A DNA stretch of 64,000 nt, taken from Macrostomum lignano. Its lineage: Eukaryota. The stretch covers positions 62,001 through 126,000 of the forward strand of contig NIVC01000036.1 of the NCBI GenBank assembly GCA_002269645.1. Direction: 5' to 3'. The position numbers and the translations under genes are program-made. Positions 1-10,366 of this stretch are shown in pieces; within the stretch, counting starts at the first letter, position 1, and each line of letters starts with the position of its first letter. The notes below the pieces were generated by a model that worked only from the letters and a program-made list of their open reading frames with translations, did not search any database and was not told the origin of the DNA.

Positions 1-722
1 ATACTGGAGCTGAGTCGTCAGAGACCAAATGAGACTCATGACACTTCAAATTATATCAAACTCTATCTGCAGTGTGCCAGTGCGTCCGCTGATTAGCACA
101 AACGTTCTCAGCACCATCAATTCAATTTCTCAAGAGATGCTGAAGCTCTTATCTAACTCTCTCTTCGCGTCCGCGATTTTGTAGCAGACATTTCTCCTTG
201 AGCTCTCGAGATGACATGTACTTATACTTTATACTCAACCCGCAACCCAGCAGAGTCAATGAAAGTTTCTCACCCACTTAAAAGTCAAACAAGCGAGCAC
301 TTGAAGAGACTTGAAGTTGCATGGCTTGGGACGCAAGGCAGGTGCTGCAGACTCAGACAGCCCTGTCAGTAGTTATTCAATCTGACACCAACAGACAAAC
401 AGGTGCAAGATCGTTCATTCAAAACTCAATATTTATTCTGGCAATACAGCTCTGTCGTCTTGTTGATTCTGAAGGAGCACGAGGTTCTCAAATTGACTTT
501 ATTTAGTCGCGTCTGGCAAACAGCAAGCCAGCCGGGACTCTTGCGCTTGCAGAGCCCTCTGCAATTTTTCAGCATTCTGTGCTTGAAGAACCTGTGAAAT
601 TGAGAGCTTGGAAACTGAATCGAAGAAACTGCAGTGAATGGCATCCGCAAACATCGCGCCGCGGCTGCTTCTGCTGCTGCTGCTGCTGCTGCTGCGTGTG
701 TGTGTGTGTGTGTGTGTGCCGC

Positions 723-3700
723 TCAACTCATGCGCTTCCATCTTTCTTTGATCCAGTTCCAGAACCTGTAGGCAGCGTCTGGTTGGTTCCACAGATCGCA
801 CAGGCCGGTGATGTTGTACTCCTGCCTCCTTTTCCACGTAGCCGGGCAATCCATTAAGTGCGAGTTGGATTCTTCGCCATCTCCACATAGCCTGCAGCTG
901 TCACTGTCCTGGTTGCCAAGTCTCTTGCGGAACTGGTTCAGTTCGAGGGAGTGTCCGGTACGGAAGCGTCTGAAGCTCACTGCTTCGCTGCGGTCTGCAT
1001 AGTCCTTCTTCCAGTTGCTTTTGGGGCCTTTGCTGTAGGTCTCTTTGCTGCGTTGGTGGCTCCATTCCTTCGCTCTGGTCAGGTCTCGGTAGATGGATCT
1101 CTTAACCGGGTTGGCAAGCACACCGGCTCCTCCAGCTGGTCTGCCGGCTGCGGCCTTTGCCGTGGTGTCGGCCTCTTCGTTCCCGCTGAGGCCACAGTGG
1201 GCCGGGACCCAGCAAATGATGAGCCGGCCGTTGGTCTCACTGGCTGCCTGCAAGTTGTTGGTGATTCTATTGGCTATCGGATTACTTCTCCTGCTGTGGA
1301 GGAGCTGGAGGCTGCTGAGGCTGTCCGTGGCAATGCAGGTGCTTTTTCCCCGGCCATGGTGACGGATCCAATCAGTGGCTGCTTGCAGTGCGTGCAGCTC
1401 AGCCTGGAGTGAGCTGCAGGGCTTGCCGGCGTCGACCTCAATACGGGTTTGTGTGTCCCAGCCGTCGATCCCTTTGGCTGTCACAACGACTCCGCCACCA
1501 CCTTTACCGTCACTGCTAACTGATCCGTCCGTGTAGAGGATGAGGTCTGCGTCGGCTGCGCAGCTTTGGATGATGTTCTCGGCCAGGTTCCTGTTGTCAG
1601 CTTCGCAAAGCTTGCGCCGGCCTTCCATGTGAATCGTGAATTTCCTTTCCTCCCATGGGGCCAGCGTGGCAGGTTGTTCATCCTTCTCCACTGTGATGTT
1701 GAGCAGACCATGGTCATCAAGCAACTCTTTAGCTCGGGCTCTCCAGCCTTTTCTTTTAAGCCTCTGCTTTGGCCCTTCGCCAACCAGCTCTCTTCTGATG
1801 CTACCGGGGGGCTGTCGTCTGAGGCGGTCGAATTTCTCGGCCCATCTGGCCTTGCTGCACACTTTGAGGGGCTCAAGGCCGCTTTCCATACTGAGCGCTT
1901 CAACCGGGGTAGTAGCCATGAGACCAGTCATGATCCTTTCAGCTGAGCGCTGTATCACTTCGAGCTTGTGCCAGCTGCTTTCGCTGATCCAAGGCATCCA
2001 TGCTGGAGCGCCGTACAGGATCTTGCTCTTAATAAGAGCTTCGTACGTGATTTTAATTAGCTCCAGGCTCCAGCCCCAGTCACTGCCAGCCAGTTTCCTT
2101 AATATGTTAACTTTCTTAAGGCATGCCTCTTTGATGTTGTTAACGTGCGTCTCGAACTTCAGCGTTCTGTCGAAGGTGAGCCCCAGGAACTTCGCGGTTG
2201 GGGCCCAGCTGATAGTGCTGCCGTACATCGTGAAGGTGGTGTCTTCTAGGCTGGTTCTAGTGCTAGTCGTGGACAGAAGCGTGAGGGAACACTTGCTTAC
2301 TGCAATCGGCATAAGCCAGTTATTGCTCCAAGTCTCCGTGAGCTGGATGGCTTTATCCATACTCGCGCGCATCTGGTCTTGCCTGCCAGAGGTCCAGATG
2401 GCGAGGTCGTCCGCGAAGCCGCTAACTTTGACCCCCTCGACCGCGCTGAGACCTTCTAGGAGGTCGTCAATGTAGACCAGGAACAGCAGCGGCGACAGGA
2501 CGGAGCCTTGCGGCAGGCCTTGCTCGAGCACTTTAAGCTTGCTGTCCTTGCCATTGAAGTTGACTTTAGCTAATCTGTGACTCAGCCACGCTTGTATCCA
2601 TCTGATCGAGAGCCTGCCCACTCCTTTGCTGATCAGTTTCCAGATGAGGCCGGTGCGGAGCACTTTGTCGAACGCTCGCTCGAAATCCACCAGTAGCAAA
2701 AGCGTATAGATTTTCTTCTGAAAGCCGTCATCGGCGTCCTGCGCGAGCCTGAGTAGTTGGTCCTCCGTGGATCTGCCAGCCCTAAACCCAGCCTGGCAGT
2801 CGCTAAGGAGCCCTTTGCTCTCGAGGTGGTAACTAATTCTGTTGGTGATAACTCTTTCAAGCCATTTGCCTAGGCAGGATGTGAGGCTGATCGGCCTGTA
2901 TGAGGGTATGCATTCAGCATCTTTGCCATGCTTCAGGAGCGGGATGATTCTAGCCGTGCGCCAGCTCTGGGGCACTTCGGCCTGCCTGTAGGAGTCGTTG
3001 AAGAGGCTAGTGATGACAGGTAGGCTGTTGGATGGCAATTCCTTGAGGAGCCTGGGGTGGATAAGGTCCTCGCCGGCCGCTTTGTTACCATCCATGGCTT
3101 CAAGCGCACTCACGACTTCGGACATGAGGATGGGCTGATCCATTTCTGCTTCCGCTGAAGTTTCCATCTCACGCAGGGCAGCGTTCGCACTACTTCTAAT
3201 TTTTCTTTGCTTTTTGGGAATAAAGTAGTTGCTGACTCGCGCGTATTCCTTCACAAATGCGTTGGCTTTGGCTCTGTCCGACAGGAAGGTCTTGCCACGA
3301 TGCTGGATGGATTTCCCCACTTGGTCTTTGGCGCTTTTGCCATTGAGGCGTTTGACTACTGACCACATTTTTGCACTGCTCGCGTTGTTACTCAGGTGGT
3401 TTCGCCCATCCTCCTCCTTGCTTTTCCTAATCTCAGACTTGAGCCGTTGTTCTTTTTCGGCCCATAGCTCCGGTTCAGCTGAGGCGTCGCACTTGCCAAG
3501 TTCCTCCAGGGCTTCCCTCACCTCGTCGTTGATGGAGGACCGGTTCCGGGTTGTGCGCGCAATGGTACCGACCGACGCTCTCGCAGCATTGATGATGATA
3601 TCCCTGATCTTTTTCTCATTCTCCTTAACGCATCCAGCGCCGCAAATCGATTCTGCCAGGCCGGCTTCGATGTTGTCTCTGTAGCCTGTCCAGTCAGCGG

Positions 3701-5693
3701 CTTTCCAATTCCAGCTGATGATCTTTCTGGCTGGCTCTCTGTTGCTGCAGCCATGCCCTAGCTGCATGATGATGGGGTGGTGGTCCGACCCGTGCAGCTG
3801 AGCTGTTTCCCAGGACCATATGGGTTCGTCCTCTCTGCTACAGAAGGTGATATCTGGCGATGATTTGATGCTCCCGGTGGGATCAACCCTAGTGACGCTG
3901 CCATCATTGAGCACAGCTAATTCATTGTTGTCCAGCCACTCACCGAGCGCTGTACCTCTGTCGTCACCTGGACAGATGTTGTCCCAGAGGGAGTGGTGGG
4001 CGTTAAAGTCGCCAGCGATTAGCCAATTCCTGCCTGCTGGGAGTTTGTTGATGGCCTCGCTGCTCACCGCTCTGGACCCTTCAGGCGGGATGTACACATT
4101 CGCTATCTGGACACTGTTGCCGTTGCCGTTGCTGGAGCGGTCTCTTCTCAGCCAGATCTTGGTAGCGATCATTTCGATGCCGTCCTTCTGGCATAGGTTG
4201 CATTCCACCTCTTCGTATTTGATTCCTGCTTTGATGAGCGTGGCTACGCCTCCTCCCCTACCGAATGTACTGAGGAGTTTCCTGTGCCGGTCTTTTCTGA
4301 CAATCTCGTAGCCTGGTATAGATAGGGTACCGTCTTCCTCCCTCAACTTGGTCTCTTGGAGCAGCATAACGTCAACGTTGTGGTCGTCCAGGAACTTCTC
4401 AAGCAGCGGCAGTTTGGCTCTGAGGTGGTCGCAGTTCCACTGCGCGACTCTGATGCTTTCGTTGCCGACCGTCCCTGCCGGACTGGTGGCATAATCAAGC
4501 GCTGAACCTCCGCGGCCTTCCCCCTTGGTCGCCCTGCACAGGCTGCATTCCCATCCACCATCTTTTTTGAACCTCTCTCTGCAGGCGCGGCTTTCAATGC
4601 CCGCGCAGGTCCAGTGCACGGTCTTCCCGCAGCCGCCGCAGCTGACCCCGGTGCCTCGCCTTCTGTACTTGTGACACTCCGCACAGTGTCCACCACTGTC
4701 CTTGGTAGCGCATTGCTGGTCACCGTCATAGGCGCCGCTGCTGCGGTGCTGCTCAGCCTCCGCGACGTCGTCCCCCGGGGGGCTGCTGCCGCATCTGGCG
4801 CATCTCCAGCTGGACTGGGCTTGGGTGTTGTACCTGCTGCATCCGCTACAGCTGCGGTGCACTCTAACTCCGCATCCCGTGCACTGAATTCCGCTGATAC
4901 CGAACTTCATATTTGCTTTACAGATGGAACATCTCCCTCCGCAGGCTTGGCTGACGCTAGCTGAGCCTTTTGGCTCTGTCCTACCATACTCCTCGACCTC
5001 TCCTGGCGGCTGGCTGGCTCCTTTCGTTTGTTCACTTTGAACGAACTCAGTGGCTTCCGCTACGGCTTTCTTCCAACCTGCTTTCTGCTGCGCAAAGCGG
5101 TCAGTCTCGGAGGTGGTGAATTCGTTATTTTTATTGGCTTTTTTAAAAAGAGTCTTATCATTGCATCCAAACCACCAAACCACCACTTCGTTGCCGACAC
5201 ATGGCCAGTCTTCAGCCTTCATCCTGGCTGGCCACCAGCCCCAGCCGCTCAGCTTGGCCCACACAACTTTCTGCTCCGACAGATGCAACTGGCCAGCAGC
5301 CTGGTTGGCTGCATCGGATTTCGCACTGCTGGTAGGCGGCCGGCGTTCACCAGGAGTAATGGGCCCAGCTGGCTGCAATGGCTCCTTCCTACAGCACGGC
5401 CCGATCCATTCTATGCTGGTAACCTTCTGCGCGTAGAAACTCCCTCTGTTCAGCCCACTGCACTTAAGGTGCAGCTGGCCAGAGCACTCCGAGCATTTTG
5501 GCCCTCTGTGAGTATGCCTTCCGCCGCAAACTCCGCACAGGTTCCTCCCCGGCGATGGTGGGCCGGGGTTAGATTCGACATCACCAGACAAGGTGATCAT
5601 CCTGGCGCTGACAGCGTAGCGGGCGCTGTCTTTGTAGTTGAACAGAACACCTCCTTTCGTTCCGCGATTGGTGTCGGGCCATCGCGTATCCAC
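723..5693 (-). CDS. Retrotransposon polyprotein: 2A, PHD, PWWP, PHD, PHD, APE endonuclease, RT, RNase H, C-terminal Zn motif
   Basis: Motifs: DVESNPGP; VVWAKLSGWGWWPAR; QWNCDHL...LLQETKL; GDFNAHH; SDHHPI; GLPQGSVLSPLLF...YIDD; FADDL; YTDGS...AELHAL...TDSLS...WVPAHCGLSGNEEAD; CRLCGDGEESNSHLMDC. The annotated start is a GTG inside the ribozyme; the first ATG is codon 32. Confidence 0.95.
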   Translation of the reverse strand: MDTRWPDTNRGTKGGVLFNYKDSARYAVSARMITLSGDVESNPGPPSPGRNLCGVCGGRHTHRGPKCSECSGQLHLKCSGLNRGSFYAQKVTSIEWIGPCCRKEPLQPAGPITPGERRPPTSSAKSDAANQAAGQLHLSEQKVVWAKLSGWGWWPARMKAEDWPCVGNEVVVWWFGCNDKTLFKKANKNNEFTTSETDRFAQQKAGWKKAVAEATEFVQSEQTKGASQPPGEVEEYGRTEPKGSASVSQACGGRCSICKANMKFGISGIQCTGCGVRVHRSCSGCSRYNTQAQSSWRCARCGSSPPGDDVAEAEQHRSSGAYDGDQQCATKDSGGHCAECHKYRRRGTGVSCGGCGKTVHWTCAGIESRACRERFKKDGGWECSLCRATKGEGRGGSALDYATSPAGTVGNESIRVAQWNCDHLRAKLPLLEKFLDDHNVDVMLLQETKLREEDGTLSIPGYEIVRKDRHRKLLSTFGRGGGVATLIKAGIKYEEVECNLCQKDGIEMIATKIWLRRDRSSNGNGNSVQIANVYIPPEGSRAVSSEAINKLPAGRNWLIAGDFNAHHSLWDNICPGDDRGTALGEWLDNNELAVLNDGSVTRVDPTGSIKSSPDITFCSREDEPIWSWETAQLHGSDHHPIIMQLGHGCSNREPARKIISWNWKAADWTGYRDNIEAGLAESICGAGCVKENEKKIRDIIINAARASVGTIARTTRNRSSINDEVREALEELGKCDASAEPELWAEKEQRLKSEIRKSKEEDGRNHLSNNASSAKMWSVVKRLNGKSAKDQVGKSIQHRGKTFLSDRAKANAFVKEYARVSNYFIPKKQRKIRSSANAALREMETSAEAEMDQPILMSEVVSALEAMDGNKAAGEDLIHPRLLKELPSNSLPVITSLFNDSYRQAEVPQSWRTARIIPLLKHGKDAECIPSYRPISLTSCLGKWLERVITNRISYHLESKGLLSDCQAGFRAGRSTEDQLLRLAQDADDGFQKKIYTLLLLVDFERAFDKVLRTGLIWKLISKGVGRLSIRWIQAWLSHRLAKVNFNGKDSKLKVLEQGLPQGSVLSPLLFLVYIDDLLEGLSAVEGVKVSGFADDLAIWTSGRQDQMRASMDKAIQLTETWSNNWLMPIAVSKCSLTLLSTTSTRTSLEDTTFTMYGSTISWAPTAKFLGLTFDRTLKFETHVNNIKEACLKKVNILRKLAGSDWGWSLELIKITYEALIKSKILYGAPAWMPWISESSWHKLEVIQRSAERIMTGLMATTPVEALSMESGLEPLKVCSKARWAEKFDRLRRQPPGSIRRELVGEGPKQRLKRKGWRARAKELLDDHGLLNITVEKDEQPATLAPWEERKFTIHMEGRRKLCEADNRNLAENIIQSCAADADLILYTDGSVSSDGKGGGGVVVTAKGIDGWDTQTRIEVDAGKPCSSLQAELHALQAATDWIRHHGRGKSTCIATDSLSSLQLLHSRRSNPIANRITNNLQAASETNGRLIICWVPAHCGLSGNEEADTTAKAAAGRPAGGAGVLANPVKRSIYRDLTRAKEWSHQRSKETYSKGPKSNWKKDYADRSEAVSFRRFRTGHSLELNQFRKRLGNQDSDSCRLCGDGEESNSHLMDCPATWKRRQEYNITGLCDLWNQPDAAYRFWNWIKERWKRMS
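5559..5600 (-). other. 2A-like ribosomal skipping peptide (MITLSGDVESNPG|P)
   Basis: Exact D-V-E-x-N-P-G-P consensus at 5582-5559. Confidence 0.85.
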
Positions 5694-5727
5694 AGCACCC
5701 CACTTGGCGGGTAGGAGGTCGTGCTGC
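5649..5727 (-). ncRNA. Candidate HDV-like self-cleaving ribozyme at the LINE 5' end
   Basis: Minus strand: P1 GCAGCAC/GUGCUGU with G1-U wobble; P2 ACCUCCU/AGGAGGU; P3 CCC/GGG; L3 GCCAAGU, whose CC pairs with the GG after P1' (P1.1); P4 CGCGAU/AUCGCG; J4/2 ...CGAA with the putative catalytic C at 5659. Confidence 0.75.
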
Positions 5728-6136
5728 TGCTGCTGCTGCTGAGCTCACCCGGTTTGTCTTCGGGCCAGGTGTTCCAAGCCGTGTCTGGCTTTCTCTGCAT
5801 CCGGCCAGAGTTTGTCAGAAACGAGCCTCGAGCCAGGTCGGACATCGAGTGCTCGAACCTTTGCAGCATGGAGCCGCGCTGTCAGGCGTTTAGCCTGGCT
5901 GACGGTGTTCGACAAGTGCAGCAAGTCGGTGAGGGACTGCGGCTGCTCCAGGAGAGGCCGGGTGTTCGTGAAGCAGCAGCCGGGACTCGAGCCGGGTGCG
6001 CTGTGTCCGTCCGACTTCGGAGACGACCACTGCGGAGTGAAGTACAAGCTGTTCAATGCGATCAACACCTGGGCAGTGCAGAGACAGAGGTGCGAGTCGG
6101 AGAGCGGTCTGGTGATCATGGCGGACGTGATCGACA

Positions 6137-6832
6137 CAAGGACGACTTAAGTAGAAGGACGGGAAACCTCGTTTCTTAGAAAATTTTTGAAGGCACTTTT
6201 TCCCGAAAATACACTACGGAGATAGGAAATTTTCATTTTTTCAGCACAAAAATTGCTATTACTTTTGATAGGAGGCAGATCCAGTGCTCATCTTTTGATA
6301 TGTTTTGCCTTTTTTATTGCTCTATCGATATTTATAAAGCTTTTCGTTCAGAAAACTAGGATTCTATGTAAATTTTTTATTCTACGTATATTTTCACGTG
6401 TCTTGTGATTTAAATACATTAGAATGCCACGGCTCGGCTCTTTGGTTTTAGAAGTCTATTTTATCATTCTTAACTGACTGTTTAGCAAATATTCGTAACA
6501 GAGATGATAAAACAGGTTCATAAAAGCAAATATTCGAGCTGTGTCATGCATTTTTGTGATTTTTAGATACAGGAAATGTACGTAGAATAAAAAATTTACA
6601 TAGAATCCTAATTTTCTGAACGAAAAGCTTTATAAATATCGATAGAGCAATAAGAAAGGCACAACATATCAAAAGATGAGCACTGGATCTGCCTCCTATC
6701 AAAAGTAATAGCAATTTTTGTGCTGAAAAAATGAAAATTTCCTATCTCCGTAGTGTATTTTTTCGGGAAAAAGTGCCTTCAAAAATTTTCTAAGAAACGA
6801 GGTTTCCCGTCCTTCTACTTAAGTCGTCCTTG
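6137..6832. mobile_element. Fold-back MITE (696 bp) with 8-bp TSD
   Basis: TSD GATCGACA at 6129-6136 and 6833-6840. TIR CAAGGACGACTTAAGTAGAAGGACGGGAAACC..., with inverted arms of roughly 250 bp or more. Confidence 0.92.
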
Positions 6833-7153
6833 GATCGACAGCGCCGAGCTGGCTGCCATCGGACAAGTTTTCAACACGAAGGGTGGCGGTGTCTCCATGT
6901 GGGTCGGCGGCTTCCAGACTCCGGGCAGTGCGGAGCCCGACGGAGGCTGGCGCTGGGTGGCCTGCAACATCAGATTCGACGCCAGCCTGTGGGGCGGAGC
7001 GGAGCCCAGCAACGGAGGAGGCAAAGAGGACGCAATCTTTGCTCACTTTGGTCTTGGTGACGCCTACCATCCCAGGACAAAGAACGGGCTGTGCGAGTGT
7101 GTCGCCGTTTGACTAAAATGAGTACACTTGTGGATTGGTGAAAACTGGTGGTA

Positions 7154-8838
7154 GACTGACTGACTGACTGACTGACTGACTGACTGACTGACTGACTGAC
7201 TGACTGACTGACTGACTGACTGACTGACTGACTGACTGACTGACTGACTGACTGACTGACTGACTGACTGACTGACTGACTGACTGACTGACTGACTGAC
7301 TGACTGACTGACTGACTGACTGACTGACTGACTGACTGACTGACTGGCTGACTGACTGACTGACTGACTGGCTGACTGACTGACTGACTGACTGACTGGC
7401 TGACTGACTGACTGACTGACTGACTGACTGACTGACTGACTGACTGACTGACTGACTGACTGACTGACTGACTGACTGACTGACTGACTGACTGACTGAC
7501 TGACTGACTGACTGACTGACTGACTGGCTGACTGACTGACTGACTGACTGACTGACTGACTGACTGACTGACTGACTGACTGACTGACTGACTGACTGAC
7601 TGACTGACTGACTGACTGACTGACTGACTGACTGACTGACTGACTGACTGACTGACTGACTGACTGACTGACTGGCTGACTGACTGACTGACTGACTGAC
7701 TGACTGACTGACTGACTGACTGACTGACTGGCTGACTGACTGACTGACTGACTGACTGACTGACTGACTGACTGACTGACTGGCTGACTGACTGACTGAC
7801 TGACTGACTGACTGACTGACTGACTGACTGACTGACTGACTGACTGACTGACTGACTGACTGACTGACTGACTGACTGACTGACTGACTGACTGACTGAC
7901 TGACTGACTGACTGACTGACTGACTGACTGACTGGCTGACTGACTGACTGACTGACTGACTGACTGACTGACTGACTGACTGACTGACTGACTGACTGAC
8001 TGACTGACTGACTGACTGACTGACTGACTGACTGACTGACTGACTGACTGACTGACTGACTGACTGACTGACTGACTGACTGACTGACTGACTGACTGAC
8101 TGACTGACTGACTGACTGACTGACTGACTGACTGACTGACTGACTGACTGACTGACTGACTGACTGACTGGCTGACTGACTGACTGACTGACTGACTGAC
8201 TGACTGACTGACTGACTGACTGACTGACTGACTGACTGACTGACTGACTGACTGACTGACTGACTGACTGACTGACTGACTGACTGACTGACTGACTGAC
8301 TGACTGACTGACTGACTGACTGACTGACTGACTGACTGACTGACTGACTGACTGACTGACTGGCTGACTGACTGACTGACTGACTGACTGACTGACTGAC
8401 TGACTGACTGGCTGACTGACTGACTGACTGACTGACTGACTGACTGACTGACTGACTGACTGACTGACTGACTGACTGACTGACTGACTGACTGACTGAC
8501 TGACTGACTGACTGACTGACTGACTGGCTGACTGACTGACTGACTGACTGACTGACTGACTGACTGACTGACTGACTGGCTGACTGACTGACTGACTGAC
8601 TGACTGACTGACTGACTGACTGACTGACTGACTGACTGACTGACTGACTGACTGACTGACTGGCTGACTGACTGACTGACTGACTGACTGACTGACTGAC
8701 TGACTGACTGACTGACTGACTGACTGACTGACTGACTGACTGACTGACTGACTGACTGACTGACTGACTGACTGACTGACTGACTGGCTGACTGACTGAC
8801 TGACTGACTGACTGACTGACTGACTGACTGACTGACTG
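7154..8838. repeat. (GACT)n microsatellite, about 1.7 kb, with scattered GGCT variants
   Basis: Read directly from the sequence. Confidence 0.98.
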
Positions 8839-8910
8839 ATTTGGCAGCTAGATTCTGTCTTCATTGCCCCCCCCCCGTTCAAAAAACATGCATTTGATAT
8901 GCAGTTACTA

Positions 8911-10001
8911 TCAAAACGTTTTCATCGGGTAAATCTCTTTCTTAAGACTTACTAAGCCTTGGGGAGCCCTTGTCCAAATTTTCCGTTTTCCGCATCCGTA
9001 CTTGTGAATTAAAAAGTTCCACATGTACCCTGTCTGGGATTCACATAGACAGTACATTTTGATGCCAAACTTGTTTCGCTTGCTTGGTATGTACTGACGA
9101 AAAATCAGGCGTCCTTTGTACAGCACTAGCGATTTGTCAAGGCAGATGTTCTGCTCTGGCAAATAAGTATTCTGCATTGCCTGCTGCACAATTCTAAGAA
9201 ACGGTCGAATCTTTCTTAGAATGTCGTTCAAGTCTGCGATTGCGGTGCAGTCGTAGAAGCGCAGGAAGTGCATGATTTGTTTATATCGATCTCTTGACAG
9301 GCTTGAAGGTTGCTGCATGAAAGGGCACTGGTCGAACGGGTCCGTAGACCAGTAAAGGTCCAATTCCGGCTTTTTGCTCAGCCCAATGAAAAAGTTGGTC
9401 GCTATCACCTTCCTGATCTCGTTCAATGTGCAATTCTTCCAAGTCTTCAAGATTGGTGGCACCTCAGCTGGCTCTTCAGCTTGAAACCTTTCTAACTCAA
9501 ACCAAGCTTTCTTGTTGGTCCTCTCGCACAGATTTTTCATCAGCGCGTCAGTTAAAAATAGGTCGAAAAACCATTGAATATTGTTGTCTGGATCAGCTGG
9601 CGCCACCAAATCCGGATGCAAGCCAGAGGTCGCCATGAATTCCGAATCTGGCTCCTGCAAACCATTCTCTCCGGGTACGACGCGTTGCCAGCCACCTATT
9701 TCTTCATCCACGGATGCATTGTCTAGATCGGAAGCCTCATCGGACGAGTCAGTAGTGGAATCGCTGCTATCTTGATCCTCGTCATCAGACATCAACTGCT
9801 CAAAATTTGGTTCTTCGTTGAGTGATGCCATGTATAACTACTCGCATCTGTATGCCAACTCTTACAAAATCCAAGCTCTTATGCTAGGTTTTTACAGTGA
9901 ATTTCCTAACCACATTCATAAGATTTCCTAAAACTCCAGGTCTTTAGCGGACAGTCCAACCAACTGTATATGACATAACTATAAAATTCGTCAGGAAGAG
10001 G
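8911..10001 (-). mobile_element. 3'-truncated piggyBac (PGBD4-like) transposon; transposase fragment at 8911-9831
   Basis: Acidic N-terminus; FFDLFLTD..LCERTN; YWST; LSRDRYKQIMHFLRF; KIRPF; NICLDKSLVLYKGR..FRQYIPSKRNKFGIK. Left end is TTAA|CCTCTTCC (TTAA at 10002-10005). No second or third catalytic Asp region and no right end. Confidence 0.88.
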
Positions 10002-10366
10002 TTAATTAAGATTAAGGTAGGCAGTCAATTTTCATGGACCCAGTGACCATTGCTGGCATTGAAGAAGCTCGGTCTCAGCCACCTGCTCGCCAGACTGGAG
10101 CAGGCATTTAACACTGTTCATTTGGTCTGTAGGCGACTGCAACTCATGCAGCTCATCCGTTTGGCCAATTGGCGAAATTTCCAGGTCCAAAAATTAAAGC
10201 AGAGCCCTTCGATTGGCCAGAGCAGAGCTACTCAATGAGGCTGTAAACATCAGGGCGGCCATAAAGTGCGTCTCTTTGTGCAAAAAGATTTTGCCATCAT
10301 TTTCAACTCAGCCCCAAAACTGCAGCTAACAAATTCCAAGCCACATAGAAACTGAGAGTGTCGAAC

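Larger units (their letters stand above)
695..5727 (-). mobile_element. Full-length single-ORF non-LTR retrotransposon, Ingi/I-group-like
   Basis: One 1656-codon ORF. A (CA)~11 tail starts 4 nt after the stop (696-718). (CTG)n flanks both ends (671-694 and 5722-5741), consistent with a TSD. HDV-like ribozyme and 2A motif at the 5' end. Confidence 0.92.
638..7112 (+). pseudogene. PAN/apple + CTLD secreted protein, copy 1 (class A 5' end), disrupted; coding segments about 638-694, 5722-6136, 6833-7112
   Basis: ATG at 638 gives MASANIAPRLLLL..., resuming after the LINE as LLLLLLSSPGLSSGQVFQAVSGFLCIRPEF. A 17-nt deletion at about 5906 (GACGGT|GTTCGAC, versus GACGGTCCGTGCCAGCTGTTCGTGTTCGAC in paralogs) shifts the frame. 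A MITE sits at 6137-6832. The 3' part reads WVGGFQ...GGAEPSNGGGKEDAIFAHFGLGDAY...GLCEC. Confidence 0.9.

Noticed and set aside
579-857. Cys-rich small protein (CCCCCCCCVCVCVC)
   Set aside because: It is an out-of-frame reading of the (CTG)n tract plus the LINE (CA)n tail.
951-5714. Plus-strand ORFs overlapping the LINE, and antisense ORFs over the lectin genes and PLEs (e.g. 29019-29786, 31761-32543, 35805-36683)
   Set aside because: Shadow frames of GC-rich coding sequence with no recognisable motifs.
5649-5720. Type III hammerhead reading of the LINE 5' end (GAAA + stem + UA)
   Set aside because: The core would be CUGUGGA with poorly abutting stems; the HDV fold explains all the pairings better.
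7113-8882. Long low-complexity ORFs (SQSV, TDRQ/CLSV, GVRGFS, LSLSP/ERGRE, ELLRCQGLLG, ALDKPRII)
   Set aside because: These are stop-free translations of micro- and minisatellites.
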